A DNA stretch of 63,052 nt, filler included, from Salisapilia sapeloensis CBS 127946 (lineage: Eukaryota > Protista > Oomycota): NCBI GenBank assembly GCA_023334545.1. It is 8 parts of 8 records of this genome, joined end to end, with 100 filler letters (N's around TTAATTAATTAA, not from the genome) between each part and the next. Parts side by side here need not be neighbours in the genome. Positions count along the whole stretch, not along the records: positions 1 to 26,851 come from JAADVB010000239.1; 7 more parts are not named here. The stretch is one strand, 5' to 3'. Numbering within the stretch: position 1 is the stretch's first letter; the number at the start of each line of letters is the position of its first letter. Of the stretch, positions 12,827 to 25,001 are shown one piece after another. The position numbers and the translations under genes are program-made. The notes below the pieces were generated by a model. That model saw nothing but the letters and a program-made list of their open reading frames with translations, searched no databases and was not told the DNA's origin.

Positions 12827-15800
12827 ATGTCGTCCAGCGAAGACGATCACAACCCGTCGGAAGAGGAGGAAGAATCGGAGGACGAGGTCCGAGCGAATTA
12901 CGGTGCTGAAGAAGAGGACAGTGAGAACGAAGCGCCTCCTCCGAAGAGAAAACAGAATGCTGCGGCCGATAATGAACCGAAGAAGAGACGCAAGCGGATG
13001 AATAAATTTATTGAAGATGAGGCCGATGTGGACGAAGATGATGAAGAGGAGGAGGATGAGGAAGATGGGTTCTATCCGTCTGAAAGTGCCATGGCCGAGG
13101 AAGCCGAGCGTGCCTATAGCCAGCAGTACAAACCACAGGACCGATCGAACTTTGACGATGAGTTTGACGCAGAGGATATCGTGAATAACATTAAGAAGCG
13201 TCATCAACAAAGTCGTCGTCACTATGGCGAAGACGACGAAGGTGGGGATATGGTCCAAAGTGACGTTGCGCAACAGAGTTTGCTGCCATCCATACAAGAT
13301 CCGAGATTGTGGGTGTTCAAGTGCAAACCAGGGCGAGAGCAGCATCTAGTGCTAGCGTTAATGAACAAATACCTTGAAATGGCACGTCAAGGAGATCCGC
13401 TGCAGATTAAATCGGTGGTCGCTAGTAATTCCAAAGGATTCATCTACGTCGAAGCGGATCGAGAGCCGCACGTAAAGGACGCTGTCAATGGACTAAGAGA
13501 CATTCAGCAGTACTCGATGAAACTCGTTCCAGTACACGAGATGACGTCCGTGTTAACGATCCAAAGCAAGCGCAAGCCGCTGAAACCAGGCCAGTGGGCT
13601 CGCATGAAGCGAGCTGGGTTGTACAAGGGCGACTTGTGCAAAGTGGTGGAGATCTTGGACAATGGCACGAGAGCTGTCGTTCGATTGATTCCTCGTTTAG
13701 ATCCGACTGCAATCGGCGGAGAGCAGCCGAAACACAGGAAGGGTCAGCGTCCGCCTCAAAAGTTCTTTGGCGAGCACATGGCTCCTCCAGGCGAAGTGAC
13801 GAGACGTCGTCATCCTGCCACGAATGAACAAATGGAGTTCTTTGATGGTGAATACTACTTGGACGGTTTCCTCATGAAAGACGTAAGTATCCTGACCATG
13901 TTAACGACGGAAGACGTGAATCCGACGTTGGATGAAATCAACAAATTTGCGTCCGGTGGAGATGATGACAAGCAGGAAGGTGAGAACGAGCAACTGATGG
14001 CCGCAGCTGAAGCTTCTGACTGGAAGAACAAGGTCGAGCTGACGAAAGGAGACACTGTGCGTGTGGTGGAAGGCGACCTGGTAAACCTCATGGGCGTCGT
14101 ACTCAGCACGAACTCTACAAACGACACGGTTCGGGTCATGCCGTTGCATGAAGAAATCAAAGATACGATCCTCGACTTCCAGCTAAACCAGCTCATGAAG
14201 TTCGTCAAGGTGGGTGACCATATCAAGGTCGTCTCCGGCCGTTACTCTGGTGAAACAGGAACGGTCGTGGCGGTGGATGAGTCTGGCTCAAGTCCTGTCG
14301 CCATCGTCCTCGTGGACAGCATGGCAAAGGAGATCCAGGTGCGTGTACAAGACCTACAAGAGTCGGCAGAAGTGTCGCACGGTCTTGACTCGTTCAAGGG
14401 CAAGGAGCTGTACGACCTCGTGGCGTTGGCACATGGCGAAGTGGGTGTCATCACACACGTCGGACGCGATGGCTTTACTGTCGTGACACAGAACGCTCAA
14501 GCGCGGAACATCTCAGACCAGGAGATCCAGCGCAAGATGGTCTCCTCGAGAGCTCCTGCCGCGTTAGACAGCAAGCACAACCACGTCAGTGTCGGAGAGA
14601 TGGTCAACGTCATTGACGGTCCGTTCGTCGGTCATAGCGGTACTATCAAGCACATGTACCGGACGTACCTGTGGCTGCATAACAACCGTATGACCTCCAA
14701 CGCCGGTATCTTTGTCGTTCGTGCGCGTCAAGTGGTGCTTGCTGGTAGTAAAGCTCGATCGAACCTCATTCAGAACTCGACGGTGCCTCGGAACGATATG
14801 CAGCGTGGACCTGCTTCGAGAGGTCCGAACAATCGCGAATCAGAGCTTGTGGGTAAGACTGTCAAGATCAAGAAGGGTAGATGGAAGGGATACATTGGTA
14901 TCGTTGTGGATGAAAGCGAACAGAAGGTCAAAGTGGAGGTCCACTCCCAAGCCAAGGTCGTGGACGTCGATCGACTCAACGTCACGGTCGCAGGTACGAG
15001 GCAAGGTATGCTGGAAGACCGGCCCAAGTACTCTGCGACGCCCATGTCTGGCCAGACACCGATGCCAGGTCAGACGCCGCTGCATGGCAGTGCTATGACG
15101 CCCATGGCGACGCCCATGCATCCTGGCATGAGCACTCCTCAGTCTCGATCTAGTGAAGCGTGGAACGTTGCGAATGACGACGCGCTGCTTGAAACGCAGC
15201 TCAACCAGGAGAAGGATGTCGCTCACGCGAACAGCTTTGGTACGCCGTTGGATCCAGCGACGCCTGGTGGAGACATGAACAAGCGGTCGTTTGCGACTCA
15301 ATCGGGGATGGGTGCTCCGGAGACGCCTGGCATGAGTGCATCCACGCCTTCGGCTGGTACGAACCCCGTGACGCCTGGCATGAACCCCACAACGCCTGGC
15401 CTCCAGCCTCGAACGCCTGGTGGATACGGCCTCGGTCAAAACCCGACGACGCCTGGTGCTAATCTGTCTGCCTCTACGCCTGGCATGCCGGACCATGGAG
15501 GCTCTCACATGGAGCCTATGACCCCTGGATTCAATCCCACGACGCCTGGTATGCCGGCAACTACGCCTGGCATGCACCCGGTGACTCCTGGAGTCAACAC
15601 TCCAGGGTACCAGAACCCGATGACGCCTGGAGGCTTTGGCGTTGCGACACCTGCGACTGGCATGGGTCGCATGGGTGTCCAGACTCCTGGTGTCGCCACA
15701 CCTGGCGCTGTGTCTGGTCCTCCTGCCACGCCCGCAGCCAACCAAGGCGGTAGCGATCAGGAGGTGACGTGGTGGTCGAAAAATGTCGAGGTGGAGGTGA

Positions 15801-16078
15801 TTGCTGGAGAACACCAGGGCAACGTTGGCGTCATTTCCAGTGTGCATGGCGCTTCATGCACGCTGGATATGGATGGCAGGTCGGTGAATGTAAACAAGAG
15901 CGAAGTGCGACCTGTGACCCCTGTCAAGCAAGATACGGTGCTGATCTTGGAAGGCGACGATGCTGGGAAGACTGGATCGCTCATTGGTACGCACTCGGCG
16001 GATGGTATCGTCAAGGTCGAGGGTAATTCAGATATTAAGATCTACACCATGTCGGCGCTGGCCAAGGTCGTGCAGTAG
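12827..16078 (+). CDS. SPT5: Transcription elongation factor SPT5
   Basis: Acidic N-terminus, NGN domain (DPRLWVFKCKPGRE, KGFIYVEA), multiple KOW motifs, TPG-rich CTR, two C-terminal KOWs. Intronless 1083 aa. Confidence 0.97.
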   Translation: MSSSEDDHNPSEEEEESEDEVRANYGAEEEDSENEAPPPKRKQNAAADNEPKKRRKRMNKFIEDEADVDEDDEEEEDEEDGFYPSESAMAEEAERAYSQQYKPQDRSNFDDEFDAEDIVNNIKKRHQQSRRHYGEDDEGGDMVQSDVAQQSLLPSIQDPRLWVFKCKPGREQHLVLALMNKYLEMARQGDPLQIKSVVASNSKGFIYVEADREPHVKDAVNGLRDIQQYSMKLVPVHEMTSVLTIQSKRKPLKPGQWARMKRAGLYKGDLCKVVEILDNGTRAVVRLIPRLDPTAIGGEQPKHRKGQRPPQKFFGEHMAPPGEVTRRRHPATNEQMEFFDGEYYLDGFLMKDVSILTMLTTEDVNPTLDEINKFASGGDDDKQEGENEQLMAAAEASDWKNKVELTKGDTVRVVEGDLVNLMGVVLSTNSTNDTVRVMPLHEEIKDTILDFQLNQLMKFVKVGDHIKVVSGRYSGETGTVVAVDESGSSPVAIVLVDSMAKEIQVRVQDLQESAEVSHGLDSFKGKELYDLVALAHGEVGVITHVGRDGFTVVTQNAQARNISDQEIQRKMVSSRAPAALDSKHNHVSVGEMVNVIDGPFVGHSGTIKHMYRTYLWLHNNRMTSNAGIFVVRARQVVLAGSKARSNLIQNSTVPRNDMQRGPASRGPNNRESELVGKTVKIKKGRWKGYIGIVVDESEQKVKVEVHSQAKVVDVDRLNVTVAGTRQGMLEDRPKYSATPMSGQTPMPGQTPLHGSAMTPMATPMHPGMSTPQSRSSEAWNVANDDALLETQLNQEKDVAHANSFGTPLDPATPGGDMNKRSFATQSGMGAPETPGMSASTPSAGTNPVTPGMNPTTPGLQPRTPGGYGLGQNPTTPGANLSASTPGMPDHGGSHMEPMTPGFNPTTPGMPATTPGMHPVTPGVNTPGYQNPMTPGGFGVATPATGMGRMGVQTPGVATPGAVSGPPATPAANQGGSDQEVTWWSKNVEVEVIAGEHQGNVGVISSVHGASCTLDMDGRSVNVNKSEVRPVTPVKQDTVLILEGDDAGKTGSLIGTHSADGIVKVEGNSDIKIYTMSALAKVVQ
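15040..15740 (+). repeat. SPT5 C-terminal repeat region (TPG motifs)
   Basis: Recurring ACGCCTGG/ACTCCTGG encoding (P/M/N)xTPG. Confidence 0.85.
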
Positions 16079-16257
16079 CTTTTCTTCTTCATGCCTTTTA
16101 CTTTCGAACCGAATGGAAATGATTTGGTACGTGCGTTTCGTCTTTGTGTTCTATTTCAATGTGTGCGTACAAGGTAGGTGGGAAGCTTGTGAAGAAATGT
16201 GGTGGGAAGGATGTCGTTGGGAATAATGAAGTGGATGCTAAGGTGCGTCGATTGGAA

Positions 16258-19200
16258 ATGGACATTGCTACGCAAAAGAGAGCGACGCAGATTTTGAATG
16301 AACAAACAGAGATGGAGGTTTTGGACTTGGAAGACTATGGACAGGAACTGGATGATGCATTGATGTGCGCGCTTGCGAGTCAATTGACGGATTCAGGCAA
16401 GGACGATCCGAATGATATTATACGCAAACTTGTACTGACAGGATGCTCTTCCTTTACGGCCGTACGATCTGAATGCAATTCTAGACGACCAACAGATACA
16501 TATCGCTAACATTCGTTTTTAGATTGGCATGCGAGCATTGACGCATGCGATCGGAAACCAGATCCGGCATCTCGTCTACTCAAAGACGAACATACCGATC
16601 GAATTGCTCCAAGTGCTAGGAACTGGCATCGAAGGACTGGATGAACTGGATTTCTCAGGTTGCTATAAGCTAACTACAGAGAGCATTCGCATCTTTATCG
16701 AGTGCTGCAGCTCATCTGTCACGAAAATCAATCTTTCACATTGCCCAGTACTGAATGATGATGCATTGGGATGGATTGGAGGCACACTGGGACCACAAGG
16801 ATCATTAACACGCTGTGTACATCTCCACTCGCTGGATCTGTCGTATGCACGGAAACTTGGTGATAGAGGATTACGAGCACTTGCCTCTGGATGCCGTCAG
16901 CTTCTCTTTTTGAACTTGGAAGGACTGACTGCGGTTTCAGATCGAGGCATGCTTCAGCTCGTACAGGGATGTCGGAAGCTTCGAGTTTTAAGCTTGAAGC
17001 GATGTTCGCAGCTATCGAATGATACACTTCGACACATTGGAAACTTTAGCAAGCAACTACGCACTCTAAATGTTGCCCTCTGCGCCCAGCTTTCGTCCGA
17101 AGGAATCATCGACATGGTTAGAGGTACATCAAAGCTGCAATCGCTGAACATTGCAGGGTGTCTGATGATGACGGAGGAAGTTTTGGCGGCAGTCGCCACG
17201 AACTGTTTAGGACTACATACGCTGGTGCTTACAGGCTGTCAAGATATTACAGAATCAGGCATTCATACGCTAGCTGAACACCTTCCGTATGTCTGCATAA
17301 GTACTATTCATCGCGGACTGAGTCCGGCACCAAATGCGTTGACAAGGAAGTTTTCAACACAAGAGAAAACGATTCGAAACTCGGCAGCACTACGCATTCA
17401 AGCCTTTTACCGTGGATACGTCGGTAGGAAGATAGCAAAGGTTTGGAGAGCGATGGTAGTCGAGACTCCAGCAAAGTCAATGATTCGTCGTGCTTATAGT
17501 AATTGGGTGCTGCGGCGAGAGATCAACAATAGAGCACTTCGAAGCGCAGTGACGAAGAGAAGTGCAATACTCATACAAGCGAGGATACGAGGTATATTGT
17601 CTAGAAGAAAGTTGGAATCGTATGAGAAAGATCAAAAACGATTAAGCACCTGGGCGATCTACGCTGTGAAAGTGCAGGCAGCTTATCGTGGTCACTGGAC
17701 ACGAAAGCATTGGAGTGTTGTGCATAAGACGATAATGAGATTCCGAATGGAGCAGCAGCTACTCGAGCGACTTCATGCCGTCAAAAGGCTGCAACGGGCG
17801 TACAGAGCAAGGTTCAATCGCTCTCGTCTAGATGACCTATTGGCGATAAATAAGCTTCGTCGGCGTGAACGTATTCAGTCTGCGGTCGTGATTCAGCGTT
17901 ACTTTCGGTCTCGTGCTGCTCGGAAAGCGTTCCGACAAATGCTGGACGCCGTTCAAGCATACCAACGTCAGCAGATGGAATTAAAACGCGCAGTAGTTCG
18001 AGTCCAAAGCCAATGGCGGGCGAACCGAAGTCGAAACCGAATGCTTTATCTCCGCAGCGAAATGAATGCCCTTGAGAAGCTTCAAAATGAAGCTGCTACG
18101 ACGATTAATGCAAGCGTTCGTGGCTATTACGGGCGACGAATTGCTCAGAAACGCCGATTGGAGATGCGAGTGTGGACTCGGGCAGCGGTTTCAATTCAGC
18201 GAGCATGGAAATGGTATAAGACCCCAGCTCAGCTGATTCGGTACAACCAGATAAAGCATCAGCTACAACTTGGGATCTTTGATGAAGTAGGAAACGCTAC
18301 CACGATGCAAAATGCTCTCGTACAGCGAGGAAGAAGACTTGCGGAACATGATTCTGCCTCTGAAGAGGAAGATGATGATGACTGGCAAGACTACATGGAT
18401 GAAAATGGCGGTCACTTTTGGTTCTCACCGTCTCAAGATCTACGAGTGGACGTACGGCCTAGTGAGCATCCTAAAGCAAAGGCGATACTGGGTCTCTACT
18501 GTCGTGTGTATTGGCCACTAGAGGAGCAATGGTTTCCTGGTAGAGTGCTACGATATAATCGAGGTAAACGGAAGCATCGAGTCTCTTATGACGATGGTGA
18601 TCACGAATGGCTTCACATCCTCAGCGCTGATGCAGATCGTGTTCAACTTTACAACGGGTATGCTTGGTGTATGACAGCAATGTTTGAGCCAACTCACCGA
18701 GCACTGAAAGCTGTTGTCTTTGTTGGTTTTAAAGTAAAGTATTTCGATTCGCAATGGATGACTTGGAAAGAAGGAGAGGTATCTGGATACGACGATGCAA
18801 GTGGCTGTTTCTTAGTACGATTATTTGCTCCCGATAATTCGACTGAGACCATTCCGATTTTGGAGTGGGTGGACTTGGTATCCATAGAAGACGATGTGAT
18901 GATCCAAAATCGTGCAAATAGTCAATGGTACTCACTTAGTGGATTTGTGTACGGATCTGCACGTGGAAGACCTGTGACTAAAAGTAAATTACTCAAAGGT
19001 AGTGACGGAATTCGACTGAGTGTGAAAGACTATTTAAATGGTGAAGTACCACGAGGAGCAAGTGAATCTGATCAAGTTACCACGAATGAGACTGTCAATA
19101 CAACGCCGAACGAAGAAATTGCTTTAGTATCTATAAACAACGAGGAAGACGAGGAAGAAAGCGAGAGCGAAAAGGAAGAAACTAAAGGAAATTCTGATGA

Positions 19201-19273
19201 AGATGAAGAAGAAGTAGAAGAAGAAAAGAGTACAGTCAAAGAAGGCTTTTTCAGTCGATTTAAATGGAAGTAG
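16258..19273 (+). CDS. LRR (FBXL/AMN1-type) + multiple IQ motifs + WW + tandem Tudor-like domain protein; start uncertain, intron 16462-16522
   Basis: Cys-containing LRRs (LDFSGCYKLT, INLSHCPVLN, LSLKRCSQLS), about 8 IQ-like motifs (IQAFYRGYVGRK, IQARIRG, VQAAYRG, IQRYFRS), WW-like WQDYMDENGGHFWF...RP, Tudor-like RVYWPLEEQWFPGRV...HRVSYDDGDHEWL. Confidence 0.85.
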
Positions 19274-19416
19274 ATCTGCTATCCCAGTAACTATCTCAGC
19301 ATCCTGTCCCATAAAAAACATCTTTTGAGCTACGTTCACAGCTTAAATTAACATATTATTTTGATATAGCTCCTATCATCTCTTTATACTCATATCCCGA
19401 CTGTGATCGTGCTAGT

Positions 19417-20916
19417 ATGAAGCTCTTCCAGCTCACTTTGCCTAATGATCGTCATAGTGAGATCGTCAACTTGCTTCAGGATGAGCTTAAAGTCGAGAAC
19501 ATTACGAGCGTCGAAGCTCGTACTTCCTGCATCGTGACGTTTCGCGTAGAAGACACGGAAATGCAGGCGATTCTCAATCGGCTCCAGACCAAGGGCGTCG
19601 GAGTCCAATTCGGCTTTTGCGACGTCATGTCGCTCACACCCGGTACGAGTATGACTCAGCTACAGCCGAAGAAAAAGAAGCGTCGAATGGGGAGATTACT
19701 CCAGCGCTCCACAGACGTCGGTACTGCCGTCCCAGTGGCCGAGATGTATGCTGCAATCGAGACCAGGACGACCTTGTCGCGAGATTCCGTCGGCATGCTA
19801 CTCATCTCATCGTATGCTTGCTCACATAAGTTTATAAATATGTTTGACGGATGCGAATATGAGTATGTAGGACGATTGCGGGTATTGGACTTGCTGGAGA
19901 CTCGAACGTATAATCATTAGTATTGCCACGTACTTCAATAACAGACTAAGGCAGTGGTATACGTACAGGTGTATGTAGTCGCATCGATGCTTTTGTCTCC
20001 ACTAATGGTAAAAAGAACTCGTCTCAGCCTCAGTATGCCTGTGAACTCATGTGTGCTGGTAGGGTCCGATATTGGGCTGTGCATTCGGGTTTTCCATTCG
20101 CGACAGGAACCTCTTTATAAGTGGCTTCCTGAATGAAGTCTTCGCACTGGTAAGCATGCTGTTTGTAATACCACAACTTCTTCCTGTAATCGTTCCTTGT
20201 AGGCAGTGACTTTGCTATTAGGCATGATCATCGGAGCGATGCTCAGTCCGTACGCCGCGACGTTAAACTGGCCGACGAATGAAATGCGTCAGCGAGGTCA
20301 GGCCGTCGAGCTTCTCTTTGGCGCTATCGTCGCAGCCTTGTCTGGTACAGGAGTCGCCCTCGCAGAATCGAATGCCAACATCTCGTCCGTTGTCGGTACA
20401 GCTATCGCTGCTGCACTCCTCCCTCCCACCGTCAATTCTGGTATCTGCTTCTCGTACGTGATCATCGGTCAGTACTTTGTCTCCGATGATGCGATCGGGG
20501 AAGAACAAAAGTTTGTCTTTTACGAAATTGCAGTCGCGAGTGCCATGCTCGTGTGGGTGAACGTTATATTCATCTACCTTACGGCCGTCCTTGTGTTTAA
20601 AATTAAAGATGTTGGCAAGTTCCAGCTCATTCGAAATAGAGATGAAAGAGCATGGAGTAACCTCCCCCGTGTCCAGCGATCACCCAAAGCACGTAAACGA
20701 CCTGGTATGATGCCTTCTTCGCCAGGAGACACGGAGCAAAAGGGTGAACCAGAGGGACTTACAAGCTCTTTTTCCACGCCAAACATGAAAGACGTGAAGA
20801 GAGAGTTGGCGGCAATCATGACACCTTTACGTCGACGTCCGAAAGGACCGGATACGACCAATATTGTGGAAGATAAAGGACCGGATGCAGATGAGAAGCA
20901 GGTTGACTCCGTTTAA
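19417..20916 (+). CDS. DUF389-family multi-pass membrane protein (multi-exon)
   Basis: Spliced frame gives IAGIGLAGDSN-VYVVASMLLSPLM-GPILG, ELLFGAIVAALSG and VVGTAIAAALLPP, the typical DUF389 motifs. Confidence 0.85.
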
Positions 20917-20985
20917 GAGAAATAAGAATGACAAGTACCATGCATATTCTATCTCTTACATTCGTTTCTTTGACTTTATTTCTCC

Positions 20986-23900
20986 TCAATTGTCTGTCAC
21001 TTGGAAGGATTTACTAGTGACGCGTTCAAGGGTTCGAGTGCTCTTGGATCGGCGTTGGATTGCATGGAAATGCAACGCAGCAATCTCTCGATTTCGATCG
21101 AATTGAGGTATCTGGAAAGAATTCATGGTGCTGGCTTGGATGGAAACCAGCTTTCGCTCCTGTCGAATTGGTGCGAGGGATGTCTTAGGTCGCTTTAAGG
21201 CCGAAAGACTTTTTTGGTGTATTAATGGAGGACTAGTCGATAGTATCACCGAAGGTGTTGTCGGTCGCTGTTCTTTCGTCTCAAAGGTCCTAAAGACAGA
21301 ATGGTAAGTTATGCAATAAGATTTTTTATATTTTGATTATTGTACATTTGCGGAGTCAACTTTTGCCGTTCAAATTTAAGTTTGCGAGGCTTGCGTGGCA
21401 TAATTTCACCTCCTGCTTCTGCCCCTTCCTCTGTCTCTTTCACTTTTTGTTTCGTTTGCTGGTTTAAAAGATGTCGCCATGAACCTTCCCGTTCAAGCTC
21501 ACCTTCTTCCATGTCATCTCCAGAAGGATCTGAATCCGAGCCAACAGAGTCCACTTCGTCATCAATGGCCAAATCTTCAGGAAGCGACGATTCAATCTCT
21601 TCTAACAGATTAAAAGGATCATAGCCATCCATGAGTGACGCCACCTCTGACATGGAGAACACCGAATTTAGTGATGCTTCATCATTGTTAAAGGAAGTTT
21701 CGGATGGACTCTCGATTGAATGCTGGCAACCTACAAAAGGCTTGATAACCGGTGATAGTGGATTCATTAGCGATGGGGTAGTAACTGCATCGCGCACTGG
21801 AGAAAGCAAAGACGGCCGTTGAACATTGCTAGTAGCGTCTAACTTGCCAGGCGTCTCTTTGGCTTGAACGCCAATACTAGTAGATGTCAACGTCGATAGA
21901 GAAGAAGATGTTCTATCTGCACAAGATAGGTATGAGAAGGATCCTGCCTGTACGCTGTCATTAGTCGATGGAGCCGAGTATTTAGCATTTACTTCCTTCA
22001 TGTTGGTATCAGAGGAGATATGGACATGGTCATCTCGTTCCAGGACACTTACACCTGTACTATTGTCTTGGGATGAACAACTGTCATTTACGGGTGGCGA
22101 GGAGTTGGAACGCCTTGTATCGTCCGGAGGCACGAAAGCTGAGATACCGATAAATTGAGAAAATAGAGTCAACGCATGACAAAAACTCTTTCCAGCAGCT
22201 TGTAGATCGCTTGGCATGAAATGACGATCATCAAATTCATCATTCAGCTCGTTGCTATCAGATATCTCAAGAGTATTCCTAGTATTTGGTCTCTTCAAGT
22301 TGCTGCCGATGCCATAGAAGGATGATTCGAGCGTATAGCTGTAGAGTATGCGCATGGAATCCCACAGCACAACGCGGCCAGTTCCTTCTTTGCCTGGTTT
22401 TACCGAAAACGTGCAGTCATCAAAACTAAAGTACCCATTGTTCTTTGCATCGCTGGTCTTCTGTAGCAAATGTGGAAACAAGCGAACTTTAGCAGCTTCC
22501 TTTCGGCTGGTGGAGTCGAATGGCTTACAGCCGTAGAGAAATATGTTCTTCTTTCTGCTATGACCATGAAGATCACAAAATATAGTAATCTCCCTGGATT
22601 GCCGTAGCTTGTCAATCATCGATTTAAAAGCGTAAATTGTTGGGTGCCGCCGTATGGATGGATCTTTCCACTGTCGGTTTAGGTCCGTCCCGGCTAGTGA
22701 ACAGCGATAATTACCATGGATAACACCGTCTGGATTCAGCATAGGTACTACCTTAAATATAAAGTGGTGGCGGAGAAACCTAGCTTCTGTCGTTGGACCA
22801 GTGATAAAGTCGAGGATACCATGCATTACAAAGCTACTGTTACTTTCACCAGGGTGCACTCTAGCTGATATGATGATGATTGAACGTTGGTCTTTGCTCT
22901 CAGCGTCTGGTCTCCTCTCTTTACCTCCGCAATCACTTTCGGAAGATGGAGGGCGACTACCTCCCAAGGTGAAATCGGTAATAGTTAACAAGTCACACAA
23001 ATTCCCAGCTAAAGTCCTACACAGTATTCTTCTTCGTAAGATTTTACTGCGTTCCGGATCCTTCTGCAGTAGAAGTAGATGCTGCTGTAGTCGTGTGTAC
23101 GTGTACGGATAACAGTGAGCAAAGTAGACTTCCAGGTTACTATTTCCCTCATCTTCAATCGAATTCATATCATTTACGAGTGGAAACTCGTATATAAATG
23201 ACAACGTGTAAAAGTTCTTTCGTTTCCCAGTACGACGTTGCAAATATGTCTCGACGTTTTTAAAATAGCATACCTGGGAGCCAGCGTGGTGCCATCCACG
23301 CCTCATAGAAGCGGGACTTTTAATGTAAACAGCTGGAAGCATTCCATCGTTGTACAAACTTGCCGGCTTGAGCATATTACGAATGTTAAAGCGAACTCGC
23401 AGTCCTCTCGAAGAGGATTGTGGACGCAATGCTGTATTCGAGAGATCATGCTGGACACGGAAAAAGTACCATTGGATATGACCATAAGTGCCAAAGTCAT
23501 TGTCGCAATAAAGATCATACTCTGCATCTACAAGTTGCACACAGTTCCCGCTGTAACTTTCATCAGCTGTGTCATTCTGCGCTTTTGACCCACTTTTGGA
23601 CAAAGACATTTCGTCCAAAATAGCTCGGGAAGTTGATGTGATACCGCTAACTTCTTCTAAAGGTAGGTAGCGCTTGTTAAATACTCGATATGCACGATCT
23701 AGATTACCACTCTCGAAAAATGCCGAAAACTCCAGGTCCAATATAGCTTCTGTACTGCCCACAGACGTAGCCTTGGAAGTACTTTGATTTTTCACAGGAG
23801 GTTTCATTCGTTTGTAGACCAACTTGAGCTCGGTAGCGTTCCTACTATATCTTGTATAGCATTCTTGCTCGTTTTGGCTCATGTACTCGCTTAACGCTCG

Positions 23901-24152
23901 ACATACGTTTGATGGTTTATATCCAGATACAAAGCGGTCTTGGCTTAAGTAACTACTGTCACATTCCTCCTCGTCCTCCAAATCCGCATGAGGCAGAGTG
24001 TACTCGAACCCGGTTAGTGTTGGTGCTTCAAATTGCTCCCATTCCGATCCAGGTGGTAATGAGATCAATGGCAGTGGAGGAGGTGTCGTTACGGGACAAG
24101 ACCTTGTCGATCGACTTCGGACTAAGCGACTGATCGGCTCTGCACTCGCCAT
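20986..24152 (-). CDS. Cytosolic carboxypeptidase (M14D, CCP/Nna1/AGBL family tubulin deglutamylase)
   Basis: FESGNL, WYFF, FAHCYPYTY, zinc motif RVHPGE, PMLNPDGV, NYRCSLAGTDLNRQW, DLHGHS, catalytic YTLESS. The last exon (20986-21289) splices in frame. Confidence 0.92.
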
Positions 24153-24583
24153 CTATAGGTATACGACAAACTTTCGTCATATAACTGCCTTTAAAAAATA
24201 TAAATATAATTTACTTTTAACTGCAGCGTACGCAATTTCTTTAGAAATAGGTGATCTTTAACATGTCATGTGGATCCAAGTTCCTCTGCGATATCACTAC
24301 CAATGTACTTGTCTAGAAACTGGTCCTAAGTGATGTCAAGATCCTGAAGGTAAGCACAATCTACTGCTTGCAAAAGTCAAAGATAGACTATATTGGAATT
24401 GAAGCTTGTCTGTCGTAGGGAAAATCTGAGGATAGTTGAATGTGAGCTTAAAGAAAAAGAACTTGACAGACCCAGCAGTAACTACAAGTGCAAGCTAGAG
24501 CTAGTGTCAACAGTTAATCAGTCAGTATATTTGCTTCTTACATCCTCACGATCTTTAACCTACATGCGAGTGATCTTATAAGA

Positions 24584-24859
24584 CTATGCAGTCGCAAATA
24601 GGACTACAGCGACTTGCCCGATGTAGAAGTATAGAAACTTGGATTGCTCGTGTGTGACATAGCATGCCACGTTGCGACCTACGCAGCAGTGCCATAGTAT
24701 TCCGTGGTACTTTTGCTCAAAATACTGCTTTAGTTTCGCTGCCACTCGTTGTTCGCTACACTCGGAATCGAGAGCCTGCTGAGCCACATGTATCACTTCA
24801 TCTTGTAAATCGCTGTCCATCGTCGTCATCTTGACTACTGGTTTTACAGTACCGCCCAT
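24584..24859 (-). CDS. Dynein light chain (LC8 family, divergent)
   Basis: 91 aa with KLKQYFEQKY, WHCCVGRN, YVTHE and FLYFYIGQVAVVLF. Confidence 0.9.
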   Translation of the reverse strand: MGGTVKPVVKMTTMDSDLQDEVIHVAQQALDSECSEQRVAAKLKQYFEQKYHGILWHCCVGRNVACYVTHEQSKFLYFYIGQVAVVLFATA

Positions 24860-25001
24860 CTTAGCAAGGCGACCTTCTCTTTAAAGCTTTCAGGCAATGA
24901 ATCGGCGACGCTTGGAGTAGATTTCGTGGTGAGATTCGATAGAATAGTCCTGAAACGACCAAGGCACTAATTATCGCGTCGCTTTATAGTCATCACCTAG
25001 A

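Noticed and set aside
14840-15847. 335-aa antisense ORF over SPT5
   Set aside because: Shadow of the TPG repeat region; Arg/His-rich, no domain features, fully nested.
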